A stretch of DNA of 64,000 bases from Eledone cirrhosa. Its lineage: Eukaryota. Each line of letters opens with the position of its first letter. Position 1 is the first letter of the stretch. Below are positions 51,942 to 64,000 of this stretch, one piece after another. The position numbers were made by a program, and so were the translations under genes. The DNA lies in assembly GCA_964016885.1 (NCBI GenBank), contig OZ024747.1:44640001-44704000 (forward strand). Reading direction: 5' to 3'. Below the pieces are notes generated by a model. The model was given only the letters and a program-made list of their open reading frames with translations, searched no databases and was not told where the DNA came from.

Positions 51942-51974
51942 GATTGAATAAAATTGTTGTATTATTTTGTAAGG

Positions 51975-52163
51975 GTGGTGGATTGGCAGTATCGGTAGAG
52001 GGTCGGACGCCATGCTTTCCATCATAGTTACGTCCCTTTACGATCTGAGTTCAAATCCCGCCGAGGTTGACTTTGCCTTTCATCCTTACGGGGTCGATAA
52101 AATAAAGTACCAGTAATGTACTGGGATAATTGCTGGCCTTGTGCCAAAAGTAGAAACAATTAT
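51975..52163 (+). mobile_element. SINE family A inserted in the Gypsy leader
   Basis: Near-identical to 14985-15168, with attatttt(g/a)ta on both sides. Confidence 0.9.
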
Positions 52164-52323
52164 TTTATACCAAATCAAAGGTTTTTATTCAATCTAAGAA
52201 TAATATAGAAAAAAGATAACTAAATGAATGACGTCAACAGAACGAATGCAACGAATGTAGAATAAAAAGGAATCAAATCAAAGAGAAGAAAGTGATGCTA
52301 TAAAACAAATCATATCATCACAA

Positions 52324-52410
<87 letters not shown>

Positions 52411-52414
<4 letters not shown>

Positions 52415-52574
52415 ATAATAATAAAATTGAAGACTAAAATCCAGAGAGGGCTCGATAAGGAAAATATATATCAAATATATAAGAACCGAAGAGCAAATAT
52501 TTATTAAAATAACAGATTAAAGTTTAAGCAAAGAATCGCTGCTTTCACCCTTAACGGGATCTTCTGTTATTTTA

Positions 52575-52580
<6 letters not shown>
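52411..52580 (-). mobile_element. CAGAAGA-hammerhead family element, 5'-truncated with a short fold-back
   Basis: Reverse complement of 60328-60487. The motif at 52521-52566 lacks helix I 5', and 52499-52516 is inverted at 52563-52580. Confidence 0.75.
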
Positions 52581-52630
<50 letters not shown>

Positions 52631-52799
52631 TGGGCATGGTTATACGTATAACCATGCCCATTACGAGGTGAGGATCCGCTAAGGTGAAACAATTGTTCTC
52701 GGTATGGTGAACTAACTGTTGTGTAACCACTTCTACCTAACTCGTCCCATGGACGACTGAGTGCTCTACCACTACGGATATTACCTTCCAGTGATCCAC

Positions 52800-52803
<4 letters not shown>
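52631..52803 (+). mobile_element. hammerhead mini-element (same family as 31810-31986) preceded by a 30-bp perfect palindrome
   Basis: cgag-GTGAGGA-tcc gctaa ggt-GAAA-caattg-TT-ctcg at 52664-52701, palindrome at 52631-52660, (TA)n on both sides. Confidence 0.7.
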
Positions 52804-52855
<52 letters not shown>

Positions 52856-52998
52856 CACACATATATATATATATATGACATATATATATATATATATATA
52901 TACATTTTGAGCACTCTACAATTTCAGGAAATTAAAGCTCTGTAACATAGAGCACTCTTTTTTTCCTGTTCCTTTCCGACGGAATTACTTCATTTACA

Positions 52999-53033
<35 letters not shown>

Positions 53034-53323
53034 GTATATAGATACATGTAACATATATACGCTCATACACATGTAACATGTAATCTTAATATACTCATAC
53101 ACGAGGCCTCCGAGAGAATTTTTGCAATGCGGTACAAGTCCCCTTTGGGGCCCGAAGCAAGCAAAGATTTTTATCAAAATGGATGTCACATGGTTGGTGT
53201 GGGGCTTTCTTATCTCTTTGGCCCCGGAACAAAATACCGGCTCTCATAGGCCCTGTTCATACAACTCATAATTCTGAGTAGTGATTATACTGGTAATTTT
53301 CATTACTTTTGTATATTTATATA

Positions 53324-53975
53324 TATTAGGATTGGTGCTCTGAAATAGCGATGTATACATGAATGTATGTATAGTATATTTGGAAATATACCGTATGTTT
53401 AATTAAAAACATTTAGAAGACCATACGCTATCAGTTTTAAAGTAGTGACTATGTCACTTACTTATTTTCGGCGAAGGAAGGGAGATAAAGTGACAGTCTG
53501 TTTCACGCTGCTTCCGCCAAAAATTATAGAAGCTGGTAATAAAGAAAATAAAGAAAATAAGTAAGTGACTTAGTCACTACTTTAAAACTGATAGCGTATG
53601 CTCTTCTAAATGTTTTTAATCAAACATACGGTATATTGCCAAATATACTATACATACATTCATGTATACATCGCTATTTCAGAGCACCAATACTAATACT
53701 TAATTTTTGCTGGACCGGCAATCGCTCTGTATAATCAGCTCCTGATTATTACTGGAATTCTATAAGAATCCAGCTTCTATAATTTTTGGCGGAAGCAGGG
53801 GAGTGTGGGGTTCTGATGAACGCCAACCAGCGTGAAAACAGACTGTCAGCATCTCTCCCTTCTTTCTCCGAAAATAAGTAAATGACATAGTCACTACTTT
53901 AAAACTGATAGCGTATGGTCTTCTAAATGTTTTTAATTAAACATACGGTACATTGCTAAATATACTATACATACA

Positions 53976-53980
<5 letters not shown>
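53324..53980. mobile_element. complex fold-back: one minus copy and two plus copies of a hammerhead-bearing element
   Basis: 53324-53468 is inverted at 53553-53698, and 53770-53980 inverts about 53355-53537. Confidence 0.8.
53810..53850 (+). ncRNA. minimal hammerhead motif, canonical core
   Basis: gtt-CTGATGA-acgc caacca gcgt-GAAA(a)-cagactg-TC-agc. The minus copy at about 53487-53510 has GAAA without the extra A. Confidence 0.65.
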
Positions 53981-54038
<58 letters not shown>

Positions 54039-54296
54039 TACTAAAACTGTGTGGTTGTCTGTAATTTAATACAGCCCAAACGGCGCATAATGGAAAAATA
54101 CTTTGAAAGGAAGTTGCCCCCGAAATGGGAATACAAATGGAATAAAAAAAGTTTCGCGTAAGCCGGAACACGGGTTCCCGAGATACAGGGTTTTCTGGGT
54201 ACCTTCATAAATAGAGAGAGAGTAAAAGATAGAGAGAAAGTGATAGTGGTTGTGAGAGAGTAGCGAATATTTCCTGCTAAATAGGAAATGTTTCTA

Positions 54297-54361
<65 letters not shown>

Positions 54362-54394
54362 TACATGAATCAAAGTTCAGTTTAAATCATTTAT

Positions 54395-54443
54395 TTGCTT
54401 ACAATTGTTTCCTCCAAACCGAGGTTTGGATTCTTCGGAGCAA
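54395..54443 (-). ncRNA. minimal hammerhead ribozyme, CCGAAGA core
   Basis: ttgct-CCGAAGA-atccaaac ctcg gtttggag-GAAA-caattg-TA-agcaa, overlapping AATAAA. Confidence 0.8.
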
Positions 54444-54502
54444 TTATTTAGTGATTTTTTACATACTTGACCTCCTTTTCAACACAAGAGACATACAGAA
54501 AC

Positions 54503-54678
<176 letters not shown>

Positions 54679-54689
54679 CTGTCTATGAC

Positions 54690-54975
54690 CACTGTATATA
54701 GGTAACAGACACCCACATAACAATCTGCTCATGAAACTAACGTGCAAGTGGCTGAGCATTCCACAGACAAGCGTACCATTTACGTAGTTTTCAAGGAGAT
54801 TCAGTGTGATACAGTGTGACAAGATGGGTCCGTCGAATTACAGGTACAACTCATTTTCGCAAGCTGAGTGGACTGGAACATCTTGAAATAAAGTGTCTTG
54901 CTCAAGGACACAATGTGCCGCCGAGAATGGAACCCACGACCTTACGGTTGTGAGCCGAATACCCTAACCACGCTT
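54690..54975 (-). mobile_element. tRNA-derived SINE (relative of family B)
   Basis: Reverse complement has gcgtggttaggg..gtgggttccattc..gtccttgagcaagacacttt. Confidence 0.7.
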
Positions 54976-55027
54976 TTTCACACACATAAATAGATATATA
55001 AACACATATATATATATGTACACACAC

Positions 55028-55072
<45 letters not shown>

Positions 55073-55229
55073 AACACACATACATATACACACGCACACA
55101 CAAATAAACAAACGCCCACACACATACAAACATACAAACACACACACACATAGATATAGACATACACTTATATACACAGCAACTTTACACCGAAACCCAA
55201 TATTAAAACATTTTTTCTTCCCTCCCACA

Positions 55230-55349
55230 ATTATTTTGTCACTCCCTCTCTCTCACTAAAACATTATACTTTTCTCACCCTCTCTATATACTACTACATG
55301 CCTCATTCACTCTCACTAAACCAACATTCTCCCTCTCACTAAATCACTA

Positions 55350-55395
<46 letters not shown>

Positions 55396-55915
55396 CCGAC
55401 TACATAACTCACTCTCTTTCACTATCTTAATTTCCCCTCCCTCACTAGACCACCAAATTCTCTCCTCTCTCTATGTTCCACTACATACCTCACTCTCTCT
55501 CTCCCACTCTCACAAGACTCTCTCTCTCATTAAACCAACAAATTATCTCTCCCTCTCTATACCCCACACATCACTCACTCACTCTCATCATTCCCCCTCT
55601 CTGACAAGACCACCAAATTCTCTCCCTCTCTCTATATCTCATTACATGCCTCACTCTCTCTCACAATTCATCCTCTCTCACTAAACCAACAAACTCTCTC
55701 ACCCTCACTCTATGCTACTACACACCTCACTCTCTCCCAATTCTCCCTCTCTCACTAGACCACCAATCAACCTCCCCTTCTCTATACCCTACTACATACT
55801 TCACTCTCTCTAACAATTCCCCCTCTCGCACTAAAACAAGAAACTCTCTCCCCCTCACTCAATACCACTACATACCTCACTCTCTTTCACTCTCGTAATT
55901 CCGCCTCTCTCACTG
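55230..55915. repeat. degenerate CT-rich minisatellite (about 60-bp units)
   Basis: Recurrent ctctcacta(a/g)acca(a/c)caaattctctc..ctacatacctcactctc. Confidence 0.75.
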
Positions 55916-56049
55916 ACCCAACAAATTGTTGGTTCTGGATATGAGCAATTGTGACGGTAGTGCATTTAAATTGGTGACCGTCTACGCTCTGTCTGTGGAA
56001 AGATGGCAGGATTACTTCAGGCGTCTTGAAATTTTTCTGTGAATGTCTT

Positions 56050-58480
56050 GACTTTACTGTTAGTGGAGATTGAAACACGAAGGCTGTATTATTAGAGTTG
56101 AGGCGCGTGCTCTAAGAAACGAGGGAACGAAAGCTATTCAATTAGTCTGAACGGCAATAGCATAACGTGGCAATAAAGCCAACATTCGATTTTTGACTGA
56201 CCGTGGCTGGCATGAGCTCCTCGGTGTAGCTTTTCAGCAGCACTTTGCAAAAGTGTTAGGAACGAGCGGGTTGTCTGAGATGGTAGCGGACAACAGTTCC
56301 TACCTGGTCGACTGTATGAGGCCTTATGATTTTTATGTAGACATGCCAGACTTGTTCTCCGATGTCCTCGAAGTTATCTACTGCAACCGGCAACAGAACG
56401 GGAGAATTCCCAGTTCTGTGAGTCGGGGCGTAGTAATGCTGATAAGAAAAGACAAGAACAAAAGGGACGTCATTGCTAATTTCAAGCCCATAAGTTTAAG
56501 ATTTTCGCCAAGGTGTTAGCAGCGAGGTTAATGCTTGTCATCAAGAGTCTGGCTGGAGAGCGCAAACTTCTGCAATCCCGACCGGCTCAATACACAACCA
56601 AATCCGCGTCATGTGATACATCATAGCGTAGGGAGTAAACCTGGCTTTGACCGGATTCTGATCAATATGGATCAATCGGAAGCTTTCGATAGGATCGACC
56701 AATCGATACCTTAATGCTGTCCTCGAGGCAGCCGGCTACAGTCCCGTTTTCAGAAGCTGGATCACTGCAATGCATGGCGACATCTGCTTGGTAGTCAAAG
56801 TAAAAGGCCACCTATCAGAACAGTTTCACATAATGCACCCGGTCCGTCAAGGATGCCCCCACTCCTGTATGTGCTGATTCTCGAGCCATTACTACGGAAG
56901 CTGGAGCTGCTACAAAGCATCTCGTTTAAACTGGGTTGTGGAAGAGCATATGCAGACGACGTCTCCGTGATGAAATTGAAGTGGTTGGACACTGCTTAGA
57001 GGAATATGAAATGTTAAGGACAAAATGAAGACATACCGACACACACAAAAACCAAACTAACTAACTGATTTGTGCTTGTCTGTAATTTAATACTGCCAAA
57101 ACGGCGCATAAATACTTTGAAAGGAAGTTGCCCCAGAAATACAAATGAAATGAAAAAAAAAATTTCGCGTAAATCGGAGCACGGGATTTCGAGATACGGG
57201 TTCCCGGGATCAATGCGGAAAAGTCAGTGGATTTGCAGCTCGGCACCTGGAGAGGCAAATCCATGCCGTTCAATAGCGTCTCGGATGCTGGACTGACGAA
57301 CCGGTCAAGTTGCTCGAGGTTTAGTTCGGTCCGAACCTCCAGATGGATAGGAACTGGGACGAGGTAACTAGCAGTATGGTCTCTCTTACCCAGAAATGAG
57401 CCGGAAAGGAAACTCTCCCTGGAAGGTCGGGTAGAGATGATGAATGTGTACATCGCGTCTATCATCTATTACCGCCTGATCAACGTGCCTTGTTCTGGTC
57501 CGCGCCTCACTAGACTGGAGCGCTTAATCTTTCAGTTCTTGTTGAAAGGACAGGTCTCCCTGGTGAGGCAGTCCATCCGCTGCCTGCATCCTCTACGTGA
57601 AGGGTTGGGCATCTCGTGGCTAATGATACACAAACATGCACTGAGATAACATCATCTCCAGATATTCCAAAACGGTGAACAGGTGTGATTGCCCTTTGTC
57701 AAGAACTTCTTTTTTTTTTGCAGCTCTTCTCTTTGACTGAGCGCTTGCTAATATTCCGGATGCCAGGCGCCCTGTCTTGGTCTTCACTTGACCCAGTCGT
57801 GGGTCAAGCGAAGACCAAGACATGGCGCCTGGCATCCAGAATGTTGGCAAGCGCTCACAGCCCTCTCCAAATCGGGCAACGCGGTTAGTGAATATTCCAT
57901 TCTAGCGTTCTATAAAGGACTAGTGGTGGGCAAGTACGACGACGCTCTCGGAGAAACTCTGGGAGTCAATGATAATAAACTATCCAGTCTGTTTCAGATA
58001 ACTTTCAGACCATGGAACATTTTCCAGGAACCCCTGGCCTGGCAGTTTTACCGAGTGCAACCACAGGCACGATAGTGTTGTCTGAGATAAGCGAAGAGCG
58101 ACGAAACTGTTTTCCACGCACTTGTCCTGTGTCCGCGTATTGCTGACTTATGGAGTTATGTTGAACTGCTATTGTCGCGTGTAGGACAGAGCTAGCTATC
58201 AGCCGACTCCATCGTGAAGATCGCCCCACCGCGCCTTCTTTTTGCCGGGAAGGGCAGGCAGTTTTCCTTTGTCTAGAAGCTCTTGCGAAAGAAGTTGTGT
58301 AGTTGACGCGACTGAAAGGACTGAAGACAGACACTTTCCTCTTCGGTCAAGCCATTTTCAAATTCTACTTGGAAAGGAAGATGAAGGTGGTGAGGAAAGT
58401 GTGTCCCCCCACACCTCTACATTTGTTAAAAGGATAGCTCGAGTGAATGGATCTACTCTGACCATGCGCTCGTAGGCCGG
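56050..58480 (+). pseudogene. Tx1/L1-clade LINE ORF2 relic, interrupted at about 57010-57210
   Basis: Fragments GVVMLIRKDK..NFKPISL, DQSEAFDRID, VRQGCP, YADDVS and KLSLEGRVEMMNVYIASIIYY, with many stops and frameshifts. Confidence 0.8.
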
Positions 58481-58697
58481 AGAGATTAGAGAGAAGAAGG
58501 GTGTCCTCCAATGGATGCTCATGGAAATAGGGTAGTTTAGGATCTGTGGGGGTCCCTGAGTTACCCCTGAGTGGTACTCCTTGCTATTAGGGAATTTTAT
58601 TGATAATTGCCACGTGTTACCTATTTTACAGCTATTACTAAATTTCGGGTGACGAACAGCTTTCAGGAACGAATTAAGTTCGTGAACCGAGGTTCTA

Positions 58698-58742
<45 letters not shown>

Positions 58743-58755
58743 ATATATATATATA

Positions 58756-58793
<38 letters not shown>

Positions 58794-59028
58794 CATCTCT
58801 ATGAACCACCTAATAGAATATTTATCTACGACTTCTTTTTACCATAAACGTGGTTTTGTCTTCGCGTGTAATTGTTTTTCACCGCTCCAAATAATGACGT
58901 ATTATAATCGTTTTTTCCCGTTCTTTGCCAGGGAACGTTTCCACGGACCAAAGTATCGTCTTCCTGTCTTACTCCGGCTGCAACGTTTTTTGAAATATTC
59001 ATTTCTGCGTTCACAGATTGACTTTGTT

Positions 59029-59079
59029 AGTTTCAGAAGATCCCGTTAAGGGTGAAAGCAGCGAATCTTTCCTTAAACT
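59029..59079 (+). ncRNA. hammerhead variant, CAGAAGA core
   Basis: agttt-CAGAAGA-tccc gttaa gggt-GAAA-gcagcgaatctttcc-TT-aaact, with one helix III mismatch. Confidence 0.6.
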
Positions 59080-59199
59080 TTAATCTGTTATTTTAATATA
59101 TATATATATATATATATAATATTATATTTAGAGTTATAAACTCAAACAGTCCTTTACAATTAATTAGCTCAAAGAAAGAAGCATTTCTGAGCCGTGAAA

Positions 59200-60133
59200 T
59201 ACAAGTTAATATAAATTAAGATATGATAAACACAAAAGTGTTTGTATTGTAAAAGACGAAGTTAGCTAGAATGAAATAAACTAATTCAAATAAATATAGT
59301 TTGCCTGTCTCGATTTAAAATAATAAATCAATAAAAACAAACCCATATTGGCAAATAGCCGTGGTACCTGGACAGATTTAAATTTCAAAATCCAAACCTG
59401 TTCCGCAGATAAATCCGAATTTCAAAATCCAAATAAGTTTCGCAACGATAGTATAAAAAGTGAAATATCCCAATTTTCTGTGCTTATCAACAGGTACCTA
59501 GAAAAATTAGAATGTTTCACCCTTAAAAAATTTTGAAAAACCTCGTGCAAAAATCTCGTGCGTTTGCGCTCGTGAGAGCGCAAACGCACGAGATTTTTGC
59601 ACGAGGTTTTTCCAGCTCACTAGCTATCTCATATTCATGGCGCTAGAAAATAACAGCCGTTTATATGGGATTAAAAATTAGCTCAACAGAAGGAGCAGTA
59701 ATATTATATTATATTTAGAGTTATAAACTCAAACAGTCCTTTACATTTCTGAGCCGTAAAAATACCTCGTGCGTTTGCGCTCGTGAACCAGACCTCCAAA
59801 ATTTTTTAGAGGTGAAACATTCTAATTTTTCTGGGTACCTGTTGATAAGCACAGAAAATTGGGATATTTCACTTTTTATACTATCGTTGCGAAACTTATT
59901 TGGATTTTGAAATTCGGATTTATCTGCGGAACAGGTTTGGATTTTGAAATTTAAATTTGTCCAGGTACCACGGCTATTTGCCAATATGGGTTTGTTTTTA
60001 TTGATTTATTATTTTAAATCGAGACACGCAAACTATATTTATTTGAATTAGTTTATTTCATTCTAGCTAACTTCGTCTTTTACAATACAAAGACTTTTGT
60101 GTTTATCATATATTAATTTATATTAACTTGTAT
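59200..60133. repeat. fold-back with about 335-bp arms and an internal 78-bp hairpin
   Basis: 59200-59535 is the reverse complement of 59797-60133, and 59535-59612 forms a perfect 37-bp stem. Confidence 0.9.
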
Positions 60134-60210
60134 ATATATATATATATGTGAAAAAACCCTTAAAAATAAGACAAATCAGGTTAGATATTAGAATAAACAT
60201 ACGTATGAAT

Positions 60211-60311
<101 letters not shown>

Positions 60312-60317
60312 TAAAAT

Positions 60318-60482
60318 ATATTAGTTTCAAAAGATCCCGTTAAGGGTGAAAACAGCGATTCTTTGCTTAAACTTTAATCTGTCATTTTAATAAATATTTG
60401 CTCTACGGTTCAAATATATATTTGATATATATTTATCCTTATCGAGCCCTCTTTGGATTTTAGTCTTCAAATTTATTATTAT

Positions 60483-60487
<5 letters not shown>
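60318..60487 (+). mobile_element. CAGAAGA-hammerhead family element with a mutated core (CAAAAGA)
   Basis: Motif at 60323-60373, with (TA)n on both flanks. Confidence 0.7.
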
Positions 60488-60546
<59 letters not shown>

Positions 60547-61879
60547 GCGCCCTTTAGTTAATTCTATTTGTTAATGAGAATGGAAGGGTGAGCATTTTCG
60601 CAAGTTTATCAACTCGCGTGTAGTTTTTGTGTTAGTTCTCTGTGTTAATAATAAGCTTCTCAATTTGTTCAGTTAACCGTTGATAGTTGTAAGACGGTCG
60701 ATGTGTCAGGCTCGTTAGTGCGTTGCGTTCAAAGCTCACCGATATTCTCATTACCTTTCATCCTTTCGGCGTCGATAAAGAAAATGCCAGGTCAGTGCTG
60801 ATGCAACTCTCTCTCTCTCTTTTCCTTCTAGCTGTCACATTACGAATGTTCCGCTGGATTAAAGGAGGGAGGGGCAACTTGCATACCTAAAACCGTTGCG
60901 AAAGCATGTTTTATACTACCAAGTCATACTCGATTGTGAGTGACGACTGTAGTTCGTGAGCTGAAATGGCTCTCCCAGCGCGTTCCGGGGAAACGCCTTC
61001 TCTATTTGGGCCGCGGGGCGGCCAGCTTGTGAGCTCCCATTTGCTGATAATAGTGAGATATGTGACAGTGGGAGTTTGGTTCCTTTGTGTTCGGTGCTAG
61101 TGTATATGTGTTTCACAGACACACGCTCACACCGCTGTTTGTTGTTTGTTAATACTACCACCACAAACACAGGTTCCGTTTTCGTTGATGTTTTTGATAT
61201 ATCTTGAGATTTGTGTAACGTTTTAAGGTCATTGCACTAACAACTATTTTAATCTCCCCGGGAACGGTGCTATCATTAAGGCTAATAAGGTGGCCACCTG
61301 GGGCGCAGACCGCCTACAGGCACAATACTAAGCATTAAAGGATCACATTGACATACAAATTTGTATAATTAAATTAAATATATAATAACAAAGGTCCTTA
61401 CTAAAGATACGATTGAAGGTTTTTAGACAAATACAAATACTTTAAAACAAACAGATTAGTTAGTATCGGAGACAAATAGGAAAATACTTTAAAACAAACA
61501 GATTTGAACTCGATGCAAAATTCTTAGTACAAGGTTTGTTGGCGGGTGAGAATTTAATGGATGTGGGTCCCGTGCTCGATTCGATCTTTCCACTTATACC
61601 TTTGCAGAGTTAAAAGTGAACAGAAAGCAATGGAATTTATTCAAAGCTGCATTTAACTAAATGTTTCTTTATATCAAAATTTTCACTTTTCCGTGGAAAC
61701 CTGATTTTTACGATCGGCTTTTCCATGTGTCATTTCTGTTAAATTTTAGTCCCTACTTTAATTCATTTGTCCCACTTCTGCGCACTGGACATCAATTTGT
61801 TTGGTGCATATCTTCAGAAGTGTACCGGTAGCATTCGGACTTAGCTTGCGTCTTTGATTCACTTTGGGCAGAGTCGTCT

Positions 61880-64000
61880 ACCGTCCACGTGTCTTACATC
61901 CGACTTTAGGCTATCAGATCCTCTCTCAGTCTCGCTTCACACAACACGTCCTCAATCGATCATAAAATGCTAGAGAAGAGACAGTCAGTAGCTCCAGAAC
62001 TCTCATGTGACGTCACTCATCCTCCCGCTTCCGGTCAGGCGTCCCCCAACTTCCGGCCATCTCCCCTACGGCAGCCCCACACGGCCCCCTGATCTCAAGG
62101 ATCAATTCCCCCATCACATTGCTTCATGTCAAAATCCGCCCTCCACCTGGGTGGTCGGCGGTCCCGTTGTGATCTCTGCACTGTTGGGGAAGCGCTTCCT
62201 TTTTTTCCTCATTCTCGGAGTCCGTCAAAACAACGATTCTACGGACGTCCAAGACGTAACGAGGCATTCCGTCCACAGACACATTGTTTTGGGAATTTAA
62301 AGCCGTTACCGTTCCCTTTCCCCATTGAGATGTGCAACGCGCGTTCGGGAGTTTGACCCAGATCCCCTCTCCCACTCGTACGAATGCGTTCTCTCTCTCT
62401 CCACCGGCTGTTCTAGGACCGTGCAAGGGTGTCATCATTTGTATTTGTATATTGCCTTGTGTGGCACCGACTCCTCGGCCTGTCCCACCTGAGGAGACAC
62501 GTTGTACCAAAACATTGCCTCCATGGGTGAAATGTGCCCCCTTTCCGCCATGGCCTTGATCGTGCGATGGTGTCTCTCCACGATCCCATTTCCGCTCGGC
62601 CTGTATGCCGCTCTGAAGAAGAGGTTCACCTTCCACTTGTCAAGCAACTCCCTCAGCGCTTCCGAACGAAACGCCGTGCTGTTGTCCATCAGAAGTTCAT
62701 CCACAGGTCCCCACCCCAAGAATATCTCTCTTAGCGTCCGCGCAATTTCCTCCGCAGTCTCCGTCTTCATTTCCCTCCCTATCGCCATCCGTCCCGGCCC
62801 ACAATCAACCATTGAGGGATACGTCCCTTGTCGGTAGTTTGCCACGTCCATCACTAATCGCTTTCAGTTGTGCTCCACCGGGATGCTGCCCATCTCGTGC
62901 ACACCCGGAGCGAGGTCAATAGACTGGCATCTGTTGCAACCTCCGACCAGTCTCTGGTCCTATCCACTCCCATATGGTGCATGTCATGCAACACCCCCTC
63001 AACTCCGAGTCACTCAGCCGACACACTGCAGCTATCCCGTTCTCTGCGTCCTCTGGCATTTCCAGCCAGGCTTTCTTCACCCTGGTTAAAATGTCTGCCC
63101 TATTTTTCTCTGGGAGTTCAAAGACTACACTCAACTTCAGCTTTCCCAACGTTCCCAGGCGGCGCTTTACCAACATTTCTACTGCCCCTCTCGTTCGCAC
63201 CCTCTCCTCAATGGTAAGCCCTGATCTCACCCATCCGAGTACAGTGGCCGAGTCAATGCGAATCTCTATGGTGCGTACGCAACCCCCTTCTCAGGGCGAG
63301 ATTCACTCCTCTCAGCACAGCGTTCAGTTCGGCCACGTTGATGTGGTTGCAGTCCTCCTCCTTCCTAAGCCAGACTGCGTCCTCGACCTACCCTATCTCT
63401 AGAGTGACCCATAGCGCTATGCTATTGGCATCACACCATATGGTCCCGCTCTCCGATTTGGGGACGTACCAGCATCCTCTTACTGGGTCATCAGCCTTTA
63501 CCCTCCCACGATCTGCATCATGACAACTGTCCTCTCTCTCACCCCATCCGCTCGTCTCTTGACATAACTGCATGCTGTCTGGAACCACCCTACGATCGGA
63601 TAGTGGCCCACCAAATTTACCACACGTTGAGAAGAGTTCCCGTCTATTCATGTCAGGGGCCAATTCCAGGACTTCATTTCCACTCCAAAATACTAGCATG
63701 TCCATCTTGTCTCTTTGCAGTCCTAGTGCGACTCCTCCTTCCGTCGCCACTGGGGGTTTCGCGGTTAATCCGAACCTTCCTAAGTGGCTTGAGACCTCTG
63801 CTGCTGACACCACAGTCTCGTCTACCAAGATGTCGATGTAGGAGTTGGTGACCCTCTTCACCTTGTCTGCTTTCCCCAGAATGATCTTGAGACCGTCGCC
63901 ATGATCTTTGGTGCAGAGTTCAACCCAAAGCCAAACCTGGTCAGGCAGTATGTCTGGCCCTTATACCTGACCAGCTGATACTTCCACAACTTCTCATCTT
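61880..64000 (-). mobile_element. pol: decayed LTR retrotransposon related to 40256-44481 (3' LTR, IN, RH, part of RT; runs off the window)
   Basis: Shares ccccctgatctcaaggatcaatt next to the LTR (right edge 62081) and YRQGTY.SMVDCGPGR, NGIVERHHRTIK. Frameshifted, and the left LTR edge is uncertain. Confidence 0.9.

Larger units (their letters stand above)
49265..52322 (-). mobile_element. 3'-truncated Ty3/Gypsy (Mag-like) retrotransposon
   Basis: Putative short 5' LTR at about 52173-52322 (starts TGT), TGGT-initiated PBS-like site, gag-pol in one frame, broken off in the integrase. Confidence 0.8.

Noticed and set aside
51942-52025. N-terminal extension of Gag in the ORF track
   Set aside because: It derives from the leader and an inserted antisense SINE. 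The ATG at 51941 is the plausible start.

Overview
Repeat-dominated animal genomic DNA. The SINE families and the extreme (TA)n load point to an octopod cephalopod, which is inferred rather than confirmed. No host protein-coding gene could be supported, and most short ORFs in the track are microsatellite artefacts. Supported elements are: a 5'-truncated CR1/L2-group LINE with an intact 1006-aa endonuclease-RT ORF2 (27035-30055, -); a compact full-length LTR retrotransposon (40256-44481, -) with 5-bp TSD, GGGAAAC -1 frameshift and a disrupted pol, plus a decayed relative at 61.9-64 kb; a truncated Mag-like Gypsy (49.3-52.3 kb); a Tx1/L1 relic; RTE fragments; tRNA-derived SINEs; MITEs; and satellites. 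The main unexplained signal is about 20 type I minimal hammerhead-ribozyme motifs from roughly ten unrelated sequence families. Most have a self-complementary helix III (CAATTG, TATATA, TGCGCA, CGCGCG, CTAG). Several carry non-canonical cores (CCGANGA, CAGAAGA, and a compensatory U3-A8 TTGAGAA). They sit in short non-coding, tail-outward fold-back elements next to (TA)n tracts, including a 3.6-kb palindrome (44911-48532). This resembles a diverse non-autonomous Penelope-like/retrozyme-like system. All folds were assigned by eye and ribozyme activity is untested.
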